Shown in pieces: positions 25,686 to 39,941 of a DNA stretch of 64,000 bases. The position numbers were made by a program, and so were the translations under genes. How positions within the stretch are numbered: position 1 is the first letter of the stretch; every line of letters begins with the position of its first letter. The DNA comes from Octopus sinensis (lineage: Eukaryota): contig NC_043000.1 of assembly GCF_006345805.1 (NCBI RefSeq), positions 143,592,001 to 143,656,000 of the forward strand, written 5' to 3'. Under the pieces are notes generated by a model, which saw only the letters and a program-made list of their open reading frames with translations, searched no databases and was not told where the DNA came from.

Positions 25686-28562
25686 TATATATATACACGA
25701 GAAATCCGTTGGCGAGTCTCTTAACCTCGCATTATATTTATGCTTATGCATAAGACTTTTGCCAATATTTCTTTCCATGGTTAGTACTTATATAAGAGCA
25801 CTGTATTTTAATCCTTTTACATACACATACATATATATGCCTTGTAATTGATTTTATGTTGCTTTAGTAGTGTCGCACGGTAGGGGAGTCATATTTGTCT
25901 CGTCATGTTATCGTTGAAAGTATAGAATTTCAACTTATTCCTTGAGATAAATTGTAACCTGACAAAATCTAATTTTCGTATTATGCACTATTTAGACAAA
26001 CGAATATTCGACTTTATTTCTTTTTAATGGTAAGCAAACGTAGCTTGGAGGTAAACAGGTGTCTCTTAAGGAATAAAATATACTACATGCATAAAACTAA
26101 TATGAAAAACAATAAAAAGTGAAGCCCATTATGATTCAAGACTAAGTTTTTTTTTACGCGTATATGCATTTATGCCAATACTATAAAATCTCTCGCAATT
26201 ATACGAAGAGCATATAGGCATAAATATGGTTAAGCTTTAGGTATTAGCCGTTCAAATGTATATTAAATTAATTAATAACATTAAATCAATTATAACATTA
26301 TACCGGTGATTAATTTCTCAGGTGGTTTCTTATCGGAGCGTTATATATTTTAAGGAATGTAAATACATATTAACTCTATGGCTTACTTCAACATTGTGTA
26401 TTGTTTCTGAATTGATATAATGAACGTGAGATCTAGTGAGTTATATATATATATATATTTGTATATGAATGCATATTTAGGTATGTGTGAGTTTCTATAT
26501 CAGGCAGTAACATACACACCAACGCACGCACACAACCATGCACAGTCAATTCCAAAAACCCCCACACACCCTCGCCCGGACATACATACACAATTATATA
26601 TATATATTTATATAACAATCTTTAAATTTTGTTATAGGCAATTAAGAAACACATAAATGCTCTTACAGTCACTGTTTTTTTTTTAAGAATGCAATTTCAA
26701 GTTTTATTCTATTACGAAGTGTCAAAACCTTTTGCGACATTTCAACGACCTGGTCATTTAACAAATTATCTTGTTATTGCAGAGAATGTAATTCTTAATT
26801 GCCTGAAATTATTCTTCATATTTTCCATTGCTAACAATTGGAGAGTATTATATCTTCTATCAACGACTGAACCGGAGTTATTAATTCAGTAAAATATTTT
26901 CCAGGTGGTCACATAGAAGAAGATCGTTTAGAATATCAGTACGATTTCATGCTATTGACCTATTTTAGTTAGTATTTTGTTCTACTTTTATTTTTCGAAT
27001 GTATCATTGTATGAATATTTATGCACCTAATTCTTTATATTTGGAGCTTGAATTTTAAGCTCACGTAAATCACCACAGCAATATAAAATAGAATTTGCAA
27101 ATCCCGAGAGAAAAGGTGTACTAGTTGAAGCACATGCCTTCAGAAGTAATCAATGCCCAAACAATTCGCCACACACACACACACAGATACTCTGCATCTT
27201 ACAACAATCTTAAATACTATCGACAAACTGATTTCACATTGTCAATAAACAGAAAACAGAATCATTACATGCGCCAATAAAACGTTCTCTATAGATTTTT
27301 GCATCTTAGAAATCATTCCCATGTTCTCGGGTGCTAACGGTAACAGTTGGCCGAAGACCGATCAAATAGAACTGCGTATCGTTATTGCGCAACACTCAAT
27401 ACATGCATGCATACACACATATTTAGATATATTACATACATGTACGTTTGCACGAGTGTATGCACATCCATGTATATATAAATGTTTTTATTCTTTCGGT
27501 CATAGGACAGAGAGCATGAAGGGATTTAGCCGGACAAAACCAGTGCGCAGCATTTATTTTGATTTCAAGTCGAGTATTTTAAAACCCATCCTTATTATGG
27601 AACTGAACCTAAAATTGCATGGTTTTAAAGCAATATTATTTATCACACATACACACACACACTCTCTCTCTCTCTCGCGCACACACACACACACACACAA
27701 ACTTGAATTTTTAAAAGGCTTTTGTCGAGGCATTTCCTAACAGCATACAATCATGACTCTTAATATAATTTCCATAATTTCTTCAACTATGAATGACATC
27801 ACGATACTAACAATTTTAATTGTTGTTATATTCGAATAGGCATGTTCCTGTAAGACTTGCGAATAATCAATTTACAAATAGGATACTTCGAATTTGCCAC
27901 CAAAATGCTGCCTATTTTAACGTATGAACAAAATGAAAAACTTATAAGTAAATGAACACGGAATTGGCATATTAATTTTATAGATTTAAAATAGAGTCAC
28001 ATTAAGCTTGTTTATCCTTTGTCATGAAATAATATACTATAGGATTTGAAAGCAAATAATCGATAAAAAAATAATGTTCTGGTGCTATTTCCCAGTAAAT
28101 GTAGACCATCATTACTAACACTATCTCTAATACTAAACTTAAGCTGGGAACTCATTACTTAGCCTGTGACCTGAGCATAACTCTAGCATAATTGAAACTT
28201 TATCTTATCACGAACATTTTGTGTATTTGTCCGGTAATAAAGTTGGTGAAAAATGTTCATTTCACATTTTCTCTCTGCAGGCCATAAAAACAAAGCTGAC
28301 AATTATTGTCTTCCATACAACTCTCTCAATATATATTGAATAGGTGGACAAGCATTAAAAGATACGTCTACGAAGATAGTAGACAAATCTCGGATATTGT
28401 ACTAATGTATTACCACGGAACCAGCCTTTGGGGAAAAAACGCCAAATGTCTTTCGCTACCGGAAAAAAAGTCCTTTATCTACGAGATAACATTGCCTTTC
28501 TGAATAGACTAGGACTCATTTAGAGCAAATTCTCTAACTTAAATATAATGCTGTTCTAAAGG

Positions 28563-28800
28563 TGGAGGTGCGTGGCTTAGTACGTGGTTAGGGTGTTGAT
28601 CTCATGAACATAAGATTGTGGTTTCGATTCCTGAATTAGGCACTGTATTCTTGAGCAAAACACTTCATTTCACGTTGCTCCAGTCCACTAAGCTGGCAAA
28701 AATGAGTACTCCTGCGTCCCATCCAGATGGGTAATGTATACACCACTGAAACCGGGAAACTGTCCTTTACGGGCCTCGCAAGGCTCGAGAAGGAAACGTT
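28563..28800 (+). mobile_element. tRNA-derived SINE, family C
   Basis: Head ggtgcgtggcttagt...ggttagggtg...ggtttcgattcct (A/B-box-like) followed by ttgagcaaaacacttcatttcacgttgctccagtccac. Confidence 0.65.
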
Positions 28801-29553
28801 TATTATTTTATTTTATTTTTCTAAAGGTAATATAGATTAAAAATTGTATGACAATGTGTGGAGAAATGATTGGAACATTATATACATTTATAGATTTATC
28901 CCCCTACTGTAACCATTCAGTTCCTTCATTGTTTTTGTTTTGTTTTCATGTAACTATACTGATCTTCAAACAACATGCTAGCTTGAATTTAACCCACAGC
29001 GAAGCAACCGATCAGATATTACAAACGATTTAAATGCAACTCTACGATTTTGGTAATCATAGTTGATATTTCCCTTTTCTATCACTCTTAACCACTATAG
29101 ATTCGTAGCTGTAGCCAGTATAGTTTTCTTGATGTCACATCTATCTGTGAATTGCTATTAAACACAGACGATACAGCTGACAACAGCAAAATATTTCTTA
29201 TCATGTTTGGCATGTATATGTGTGTGTAGGACAGAATGACATCATCTGTCTCTTATTTCCTTGATTGAAACTGTGATATCAGTCAGATCGTACAATCACA
29301 GTTTGTGCTAATTGAGACGTCATTCATTGTCACTATGTCATCTTTGCTACGCACCCATTTTAGTTATGTCTCCCGCTCTTTTCCTCTGGTAAATTGAAGA
29401 CCTAATCACTCTCACAACGTCTAATGCTTTGTGATTACTCTCCCAATGTTCACATTTTAGTTCTCTTAGTTATCTGTACACACATGTCATTCATATATCG
29501 CCTAGAACGACACCATGTTCGTGAATATAGGTGTGAAAGACATCAACACTATT

Positions 29554-29884
29554 GGCTGGGTGGCAAAAAGTTTGCTTCCAGCGACAGGGTTCTGGATTCA
29601 ACTCACTTGCGTGGTACTTTGGGCAAATGTTTTCTACTCTATCCCCGGGTCGACCATATAACTGGATTTGGTGCATGGAATCCGAAAGAAGCATGTTGCG
29701 TGTATGTATGTGTGTGTGTGTGCGCGCGTGCGTATGTGCGTGCAAGTGTTTGTGTGCGTGTGTGTTTGGGAATGCGTATGCGAGCACGCGTGCGTGCCTG
29801 TGTGTTTGTATGTATGTGTGCATATATCAGAGTGTTTGTCTCCCACAACCGCCTGACAGCCAATGGAATAAGTACCAGGGCTTA
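29554..29884 (+). mobile_element. Diverged SINE family B copy
   Basis: Partial alignment to family B, including the internal (TG)n. Confidence 0.7.
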
Positions 29885-31440
29885 TCATAGTCGAAGTCCA
29901 AATTTTGAAAAAATTGAACGATAGAACTGAAAGATAGAATATGTTTGTATCATTCAACAAATTACTAACAAAATGTTTATAAGAAGCAAACTCGCCTGCA
30001 CCTCGATATGTTTGCTGAATAATATGCAATTAAAATAATTTAAGTCATTGTAGATGCCAGGTTTCAATATACTTTCGAACTCTTACCGGCGATATTTTAC
30101 TCTTCCTGTATCTAATCTACAACATAAATATTCTGTCTGGAGAGACTGTAACTTATAATTTCTCCAAGTGAAAAATATATCGTCGTCTATGTTCTAAAAT
30201 GTTTATTCTGAGTGATTGCAAATGAACAACTATAGGAAAAAAATCAGTGGAAATCTTATACATAAATGGCAATTTCTGTCTGTCGATTTGTCTGTTACCA
30301 TCTTGCTGCTATACTATTCAACCAATCTCCACAAAACTTTGCATGCATGTTAGACTAACATGCAGTTCAAATATAGGTTAACTGGATTTCAGTAAAAGTC
30401 TATAATGCCCCCTGCCACACTATTGGGTTTGGGATATTATTTGATAAAATGCGAAAGGTGCAGATAGTGTTACTGTGGACGACGTGTGATGACATAGTGA
30501 GTGTGGCTGATATCAGGGAAAGGAGAAAAGCATTGTAGAAGCAACAATTATGGAATGGCAATAATGTTAATACAGCTTTCATTCACGGATATACACGCGA
30601 TGCTGCATACATACTTTCGTAAATATATAGATAGATGCACACACACATAAACATACTCACACACACATACACACACACTACATATACACTTAACTAACTT
30701 TTAAAATGCCGAGGAAGGGAAAGGAAATGGGTGGTAAGAATACCTAGCTTGTTAAATTGGAATAATTTTCCACGTTAAATTTGACTTTGATATCTATTTG
30801 TTCCAGAAAAATCACAGCAAAATATTAATGAGGTATAATCTTAATCAAACAGGATTTGGAAGCTGGCATTTTCTACATGATAGCTGTGTAACATAAAATC
30901 ATTAGGAGGCGGATTTTTTTTTTTATCAAACTTAGGAAAGCAAAGTATTACAAGGACCAAAGTTAAAAGAACGTCTGAAGTTTTAATACGATTTAATGAA
31001 TAAGGTCATGTGAGACTGTCAAACAGACATGTAAATAATTTAAAAAGAGAGAAAATTCCTCAACGAAGATATTTTGCGGAAAAAGTTTACAAATCTGTCC
31101 TGGTCAATAGGCCTATCTCTTGGGGAATGCATGATCTGGCATGGATAAACAAAACTTTATACAAGGCGTTCTGTTGTAAAAATTGCCCGCGAACGACGCG
31201 CTATTCAGCTAGTAAATAAATAAATATATATATCAAAAACATTTTAAAACATAAATTTCTTCTAATAAATATTATAAAGAATAAGAGCTGCAACTGGCAG
31301 GAGTCGCAATATACTATATCTCCAGTATTTAATTTTTTACATCCTGATAATCTTTCTGTATGTATCAAGAAAAATCTTTTTTTCTTTTTATATGACCAAA
31401 TTTGATGCAGGCAAATATTAGTCTAAAAGATATGACTTAC

Positions 31441-31547
31441 CTGATATTTACCGAGGTATTCCACGGAACACGGTAATACAGCCGTTTCACCGGCTACTAC
31501 TGTTACATTTACAACTGGAACATCAAAGCGGGGGTCCGACGCCAGGA
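31441..31547 (-). CDS. Internal coding exon: N-terminal part of an Ig domain, Dpr/DIP/IgLON/lachesin-like cell-adhesion protein
   Basis: Acceptor ttttctctttcttttcatttaattacAG, donor CAG|GTAAGT; 107 bp, phase 1 to phase 0; encodes LASDPRFDVPVVNVTVVAGETAVLPCSVEYLGKYQ (A/A'/B strands with the first conserved Cys). Orthology cannot be assigned from one exon. Confidence 0.85.
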
Positions 31548-32189
31548 CTGTAATTAAATGAAAAGAAAGAGAAAAATTAATTATAGCAACCAAAAGGACA
31601 AAGCTAAACATTATTTGGGAAAATATTTAAATGAACCGAAACCAGTCCAACAAGTGGATACATATCTTTATCGAGTCAAGAACAACAAAGAGGAAGTTGT
31701 ATTTTGTTTGACTTAAGCAAAGAAAACCAGTGGCATAACTAAGTACCTGTGTGTACTTTGCCGATTCTACCACTTCATATTCTATGTATGCTAATAATGA
31801 TTATGCTAATAATAATGATTTTTATGGTAATAAGAAGAGTTCTAATAAGGTTTTCTGGTTTAGGCAAAATACCAAGTCTTTGAGGAAGTGAATGTTGTCG
31901 ATATCTCAGTACATCGATAGCGCTTTATTCTATCGAATCCAAAGAGATGACAGGACATGCGCACGTTTCAACTCATGCGAGATTTCAACTCAGAACTTAC
32001 AGCACCGAGACATTAACCGTGAAGTATTTTTCCAATGATTTACGATTCTGTTTTCCATGCAACAAGAACACGACCATCAAAAATAATCGTAATAGTATTA
32101 AATTAGAATTTGATTTAAATAAAATGCTAAAGCTACGTTTAAAATGAATGAGATTATCAAAATAACAAACATACCGGTTGGCAATGCCC

Positions 32190-32780
32190 TAAATATCTAG
32201 GAGGATACCTTGCAGTAAATAAAGGTTAAGGAAAGCAATACTGCCCTGAAAGATATTTATCGCAAAGAGTATTATAGGAGAGTAAAAATGATATCAACGA
32301 TTAAAATAAATGTATCAAACCGATTTAGTACTACCAATACTCTGGTATACTGATAGTACAATAGTATGAACTGGAGATGCAGTGAAATTTAAAGACTTGA
32401 GACGGTAACAGAGAAGGTGTACTTTAATGAGGCAGAGACTAACGTGAATTACCTTTCGAGAGTGGCGGCTGTTAAACATTAGGTACAGCTTGAACTAAAT
32501 ATTATTACCAACGTAGGCCTTGATATCTACCTTCACCTCCCATGATTCCCTTCTAGAAATTGTCAAACACCTCGAAAGGAGAAATAAGCTATATTGAATT
32601 GCGCGTCCAGTAAAATCTTACAAGCAAATAACTTTCAGGAAATGGAAACAAACCAACAAAATTGTCAAAAAATAAGGAAAAGTTGGGAAAGAAAACCTAT
32701 GCATAGCAAATGTCTCCATAAAATATTAAAGAGGAAAATGTTTTCTCACAAATAAACAAGGATATTTGGCTTTAGGCCGA
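32190..32780 (+). pseudogene. Highly decayed R4/Dong-type LINE fragment (RT C-terminus/thumb)
   Basis: KYLG (32191), KEYYRRVKM (32264), MNWRCSEI (32366) and WERKPMH (32684); the last two are collinear with NWTRNEL and WQEKPLHG of the young copy at 57386-58660. Confidence 0.6.
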
Positions 32781-34620
32781 GAGATATGTATTTATCATCA
32801 CGGCCTTAATTCAATGTTTTATAGCTCCACGTCTGCCATTATCGCATCATGGATGTGTTATTGAGAAAATGCGTTTCCATGAAACACCACCCTACACTCT
32901 TTGGAACAGCATATACATTAACATGAATGGTGCCCATCTACTTTGTACAACTTAGAGGAATGGCTTGATACGAGGTGGAAGCAAGAAACACAGAATTTTA
33001 AAATATAATAAAACAAAATTTATTAAGGCGTTGGAGAGAAAGAATTTTGATATATGTCCCTATTCCGATAATATTAACTTCAAATCCTGTCAAATCAAGT
33101 TTGCATTTCATTTTTCTGTGATCAACAAAGCATAGGTACTGAGGCCGGTGGATCAGTGGAAATGTTATTGGGTCTGTCAGGATGGTTGTGCTATCTATAT
33201 CTTCTTATTTGTTTTGGTAACTGAGTCTACAACAATACTGGGGCAAAACATTATCAATACAAGGTACCAATTTCCCCCAGGAATTGGAAGATTACATACT
33301 CCAATCTGGTCAATATTGATCTGTATTTGTCAAAGTTTAAAAGGAACATGTTATATATACTTTTGTTATTTCAGGCGTATTCATGAAGTATAGAAAAAAC
33401 ATGGCAACCAATATATATGTTTTCTTAGTTAGCTAAGCACTGAAATTAAGAATAGAATTCATTCTTATGCAAAACCTCCCACTAGAAACCATTGACAATG
33501 AGCAAACAAAAAATTAATTTTAAGGTAATTCACAGTTAATGCAACGACACACCCCTTAATCTCTTACCTATATATTTATTTTATTTATATCAGCATCATT
33601 ACACTTCTTACTCGACATGACAGAAACCGGTGATAACACTTCTTCCAAGAACACACAATTCAAAAACATTATGAACATATTGGATAATATGATCAGGCTG
33701 AACATTTTCTGATCATATATTTGTTCAAATGAGGTCTGCTGGGAAACAGTGGCAATATTCCTTACAGGGATTTTTTTACTACGATGTCCGTGTGTGTCCT
33801 AATTGCACGAAGAAAGCTTTAAAAGATTTAAGTGGTTTGAATGAATTTAACAAGTTCTCTGATTCCAAATAACTTTAGACTATTTTCAAATTATTACATA
33901 CATGCACATAAAAATGTTCATATCTTACTCTGTGAAAAAACTTAGGTTGTACGTAATACAAAGAAGAAATGAAAACTGAATGATGAAATGGTAACCTTAA
34001 AATATCTACACGATGTATCAGGTTATTACTGTAGGCACTTTTGACATGGGTGGTGGTGGCTATCACTTAGCCAGTATGTAAACGGAACCATTATTAAAAT
34101 AAGTATTGTGTTGTAGCGGTCTGTACTGTGTAAACCATAAGTGAGAATGTTAATGTGATATAAGTCGATGTGATTTACAATTAATGAGCTTCATTATCGA
34201 TCAGCACGGATATCTGTAGAGAAATCTTGAAAATGGGTTATGATCAACTAGGAGCTATAACTTACAATGCAACGCGTCGTTCATTAATACCAAGACTGGT
34301 ACAAAAAAATTATGTGATTGAGCTGCCTTTCCGACAAACACCATTTGGTGACGATCGTCACTCATCCGTATACAGATGTTCTGAATCGTTGATTTTTTAG
34401 GAGAGTGAATAAAGTAGGCTTGAATCCATAAGAGTCGACTTACCAGTAATGGCGTTAAAATGTCATAATATGGGCAAATATTGTCACTTTTGAATAATAT
34501 CAAACCTCATAATGTTCCTAAAGAAATAGGTGAACCAATAATTCATTCAAAAAGTGGAGACAATTTGGTAAAGAGGTCAGCTGAATTCGAATCATAGTTG
34601 GTTGCTGACAAAGTCAAAAT

Positions 34621-34621
<1 letters not shown>

Positions 34622-34668
<47 letters not shown>

Positions 34669-34713
34669 ATATATATATATATGTGTATGTGTATGTGTGT
34701 GTATGTGTGTGTG

Positions 34714-34751
<38 letters not shown>

Positions 34752-34800
34752 TGTGTGTGTGCGCACGCGCGTGTGTATACATGTGTGTGTGTTTGTCCTT
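34622..34800. repeat. Compound (CT)n(TA)n(TG)n microsatellite
   Basis: Direct reading. Confidence 0.9.
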
Positions 34801-35298
34801 GTGTGTGTGTCTGCAAACATGTACATCCGTTCAGGAGATTGGCACGCTATATGAAATACCATGTTCACCAGCTTTCTAAGAAAGAACGAAATCAAGCATT
34901 GAATATTGCGATGTTACAGACACTGTATCTCAACATGGGGAATATTCACATATGTAGTATGGTCACATTTAGAACGTCTTTCATCGTAAGTCTAATCACT
35001 CAAAGAAAAACACCTATAATCTCGAGCAGCATAATCAGTTTTTCAAATCAGCCACCATAATATCTATCCTATCTCTCCTGTTTCCGAAGAAGAGATTTCC
35101 TGGAGACGTAAAAGAACCACTCTTTCCTTTTCCGAGCGAATTATTAATACGTTGCATGTACCACGTCCTCACGTTGTTATTTTTTATCTTTTTTTCTGTA
35201 TTTTTAAAGAATTAACTATATATATTCGACATGCTGAAGTTGAACTTCTTGCTTTGTGGATATATATATATATATGGGTTGGTACACGCACACACACA

Positions 35299-35341
<43 letters not shown>

Positions 35342-36599
35342 AGTGTGTGTGTGTGTGTGTGTGTGTACGTGCGTGTGTATATCTTGTAATTTAAACTACA
35401 CAGATTCTAATTATATGTCTGTTCATCCATAAACAAATTACAAAGATTTCGTCGGGGTTACTGCTCACGTACATTTTAAGCTATTGAACAATAAAACAGA
35501 ACCTGGGGGAGCGATGTTGGCTGTTGCGGATATGCTTTGCTCTACATGTCATGTAATAACCAATACTAATCCAACGCATATAGAATAATAGAGTATGCGA
35601 TGTGGAATTATAGCTCTCGAAACAGAGCAAAACACTTAAACTGTAAATGAACTCACACCTGATGAATTATGAGAATTCATAAGTGATTCTGTATTTCAAA
35701 AAAGAAAAATAAAGACAAAATTACATAAATATAAAGAGGGGGGGAGAGTAAAATGGGAAAATGCTTGTGTGAATGGATGAGTGTGTGTCTGTGTAAGAGC
35801 ATGCGATATAACGAGACAAACTGAATATATTTACGAGAAGCAGTGGGTATAGATAGCAATTTTATCATAGATACTCATAAATTTTGATCGGTGCATGTAT
35901 ATCAGTACACTAAGTGTATTACAGCACAGAAAGTCTAATATTTATTGCATTAGTTAGCTAAGCACTGAAATTAAGTTTACAAAACTACCAGGCATCTGAA
36001 TGGATATATTACTAAACCAATAATTTACACGCATATACATACAAATACATATTCACACACACACACATACACACACACAGAGACTCACATACACACGCAT
36101 ATACAAACCTATATTCAGATATGTATACACATGCATTTTCATATGTATATACATATACTTCAATACAGACTTACATAGAGACATGCACACACACACACAC
36201 ACACATATACATATATGTATGTACATGTATAATAGACATGCACACACATATCTGTATGTTATACCTGGGTGGGTACATTATCTTTCCGTCTACATAATTA
36301 CATATTATTGTCGAATTGCAAACGGTATTTCAGTCTCAACAGTATTTCCCTCTAAAACGAAAGTGTGCAAAACGTGTGATTTACCAGTGCCCTGTAATTT
36401 AAAATCTTGTCTATAAACTTGCATTTATTTATCACAATCTATATGAAACTGTATTCGTACAAATTCAATGAGCTATACATATATATGTGTGTGTGTGTGT
36501 GCGTATAACGGTAAGGATTTGGAAGGCAAAATACGTCTGCCATTCCCGTGAGCAACGGCACTAACGGCGTTCATCCCGTTACGGTATTTTAAAAACAAA

Positions 36600-36830
36600 G
36601 GCGGCGAGCTAGCAGAATCGTTAGCATGTCGGGCGAAATGCTTAGCGGTATTTCGGCTGCCGTTACGTTGTGAGTTCAAATTCCGCCGAGGTCGACTTTG
36701 CCTTTCATCCTTTCCGGGTCGATTAAATAAGTACCAGTTACGCACTGAGGTCGATATAATCGACTTAATCCGTTCGTCTGTCCTTGTTTGTCCTTTCTGT
36801 GTTTAGCTCCTTGTGGGTAGTAAAGAAATA
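36600..36830 (+). mobile_element. tRNA-derived SINE, family A, full length with a 17-bp target-site duplication
   Basis: Head ggcggcgagctagcagaatcg...gagttcaaattcc; ggtattttaaaaacaaa at both 36583-36599 and 36831-36847. Confidence 0.95.
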
Positions 36831-36890
36831 GGTATTTTAAAAACAAAACGACGATAGCCCATCTTAGACATTCCATAACAACATGATTTC

Positions 36891-36929
<39 letters not shown>

Positions 36930-37040
36930 TATATATATTATATATATATATATTTAGTACGATAGACTGGTGATGATTTTAAATGTAGCATTGTTTCAAC
37001 TGCGTACATCGAGATTTTACATTTACACTCACACATATAT

Positions 37041-37376
37041 AGGAAGGAAGCACTCCGTCGGTTACGACGACGAGGGTTCCGGTTGATCCGAATCAACGGA
37101 ACAGCCTGCTCGTGAAATTAACGTGTAAGTGGTTGAGCACTCCACAGACACGTGTACCCTTAACGTAGTTCTCGGGGATATTCATCGTGACACAGAGAGT
37201 GACAGGGCCGGCCCTTTGAAATACAGGTACAACAGAAACAGGAAGTAAGAGTGAGAGAAAGTTGTGGTGAAAGAGTACAGCAGGGATCACCACCATCCCT
37301 GCCGGTCTGGGAATCGAAACCGCGACCCTACGACCACGAGTCCGCTGCCCTAACCACTGGGCCATTGCGCCTCCAC
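37041..37376 (-). mobile_element. SINE family D, tail type 1, with a 52-bp internal deletion and a TSD
   Basis: Near-identical to 6692-7075 except for a 52-bp deletion between two CCGG motifs; tcacacatatat flanks both sides (37029-37040 and 37377-37388). Confidence 0.9.
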
Positions 37377-37739
37377 TCACACATATATATTTATACACAC
37401 ACACGTTTATCCTTGTATATTTACAGGTATCATGATTGTTTAATGGACAAAAATATATGCACAACTGGATGAGCATATATTTTTCAAAATGCTGTTTCTA
37501 CTTCCGTTTTTGTGTGTAATGTGTTTATGTGTGTATTTCTTTATATTAGTTTGAAAAATAACGTCAATCGCTATAGTTACCGTAATATGTTCTCAAATTG
37601 AAAATTTAAAGTGATATCAGTTGCATTAGTCGAACCAAAAATCTCCTGCTGTTGTCTTCTTCTTCTTCTTCTTCTTCCAATCAGGACTCACATCATTAGC
37701 CACAAAGAATAATCTCTAATTCGAGCCTACTCTAAACTA

Positions 37740-38148
37740 CTAAGAATGCGTGTGACCCACACGCATTTGCTTGAAGATCCACCCACCAGACGCGGTAGAC
37801 TGGTGATTGCACGGGCGCAAAAGCTACGTTGTTATCCTCATTCCGTAAACGGTGACTTTTAACGGGTGGAGAGCTGAACCATCCTGGGTTACAGAGGATT
37901 CGCAATCTAGACTAGGGTCTGAAAGTTTACCACACCATGGTTCCTCTGCTTTGTGGCAGAAGTAAGAAGAAAGAATGAGAAAGTTGTGGTGAAAGAGTAC
38001 AGCGGTGTCACACCCCACTTCGCCGGAGCCTCGTGGAGCTTAGGTGTGTTTGCTCAATAAACACTCACAATGCCCAGGCCAGGAATCGAAACTGCGTTCT
38101 TACAACCTCGATTCCGCTGCCCTAACCACTGGGCCATTGCTCCTCCAC
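37740..38148 (-). mobile_element. SINE family D head with tail type 2
   Basis: 37977-38148 aligns to the family D head and body; the sequence beyond gagaaagttgtgg is unrelated to tail type 1. Left boundary uncertain. Confidence 0.7.
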
Positions 38149-38634
38149 TCCTGCTGTAATAGTTTGCTGATGTTTAGATTTTAGCGTGGTCGAATGCCTT
38201 ACTAAGTGAAATAATATTTATAGACCACATTTAATTTCTATGTGTTCGCTAGGAGATAACCACACAGATAGTAAACGGCGTCCTTAGTTAATATGCTATA
38301 TCAGATTTTTTCATTGTCCTATATTGCAGTATAGATTTCGGCATAGTTGCAATGAGTATAACTTAAAATATCGTGATATATTATGAATTTCAAAATATAT
38401 GCAACATTTCTTAACTTATACTCAGATATTTTTGTGTAAAATACATACTAACACACGCACAAACACACGCACTCATACACACATTCAAATGACGATTTGA
38501 AGGGTGTGTTGACTACGCTCACACCTGCAAACGGACTCACACACACAGCGTAGTTATATTTATAACTACAATGTATCCACCCCACACACATACACATACA
38601 CACACACACATATATACGTATGTACGTATGCATG

Positions 38635-38870
<236 letters not shown>

Positions 38871-39403
38871 TCGCGTAAGTATGTGTGATGCATGCAAATG
38901 TCTGTGGGTGTGTCGATTGTACGAATGTGTCCATATGTTTGGTTATGTTTCTTTGTGTGTGTAGAATACATTATAATCAGATGCCTAGAAATATTTGGGA
39001 AGAAAACATAGTAGAGCTACACATGTTTCAGTGTAATAAACTTCACAACACACTTCAAAGAGAAGAAAGCAGTTCTTCCGTATACTAATTGGTCACTTTT
39101 AATGATTCTCTTCTTAAATACAAACGCTACTTTCTCAAACCGACATTCAATGTATACTACTACGGATTTTTCCCCACTAGACATTCATATTTAAAAGCAC
39201 ACCTGCAGACTTCAGAATATTGTTTTTCTCATAATGAGAAAAATAATTGAGAGCGAAGCTACTTCACTTGTTCTCTAAACAAATGAAACATCCTACATTC
39301 TTTCACCGTTTATATTGTCTGACACTTCACAAATTTAGAGGAGTCCTGAGAAAAAATAACCACCTATCTACTTTACATATATATACACATTCATACATAT
39401 AAA

Positions 39404-39683
39404 TGGAGGCGCAATGGCCCAGTGGTCAGGGCAGCGGACTCGCGGTCGTAGGATCGTGCTTCCGATTACCAGACCGGGCGTTGTGAGTGTTTATTGAGCG
39501 AAAACACCTAAAAGCTCCACGAGGCTCCAGCAGGGGGTGGTGATCCCTGCTGTACTCTTTCACCACTCTTTCTTCTGTTGGCCTGCTCGCTTAGCCAGCG
39601 GGGTGGCGTCATTCGAAGTCTAAAAAACAATGCGAATGCATTGTGACCAGCAATGTGTAACTACATCTGATGGACTGGTCGGT

Positions 39684-39690
<7 letters not shown>
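39404..39690 (+). mobile_element. SINE family D, tail type 3
   Basis: Same head as 6692-7075; the tail gcttagccagcgggg...ggtcggtcacgtga is shared with 47261-47533. Confidence 0.85.
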
Positions 39691-39770
<80 letters not shown>

Positions 39771-39941
39771 CGTGTGTATGTGTATGTGAGTGTGTGTGTT
39801 TGTGTGTAGATACATGGATATGTACATAACTAATTTCATATCTAAATGTCAATAAATTTCACTTGGTAATTTCAGGGGAACATTACAACGTTAGGACAAC
39901 GTAGACGATGCTTAATGTCTAATACAAATTAATAAACACAT

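Noticed and set aside
28255-28503. Strong plus-strand splice acceptor (ttttctctctgcAG|G at 28280)
   Set aside because: All three frames close within ~20 codons and there is no clear donor; a non-coding exon cannot be supported from sequence alone.
34348-34361. Perfect 14-bp palindrome gtgacgatcgtcac
   Set aside because: An isolated palindrome of this length can arise by chance, and nothing in its context supports a function.
34440-34503. Minus-strand GTAAGT donor as the upstream exon of the Ig gene
   Set aside because: The phase-1 frame required has an in-frame stop and no ATG or acceptor.
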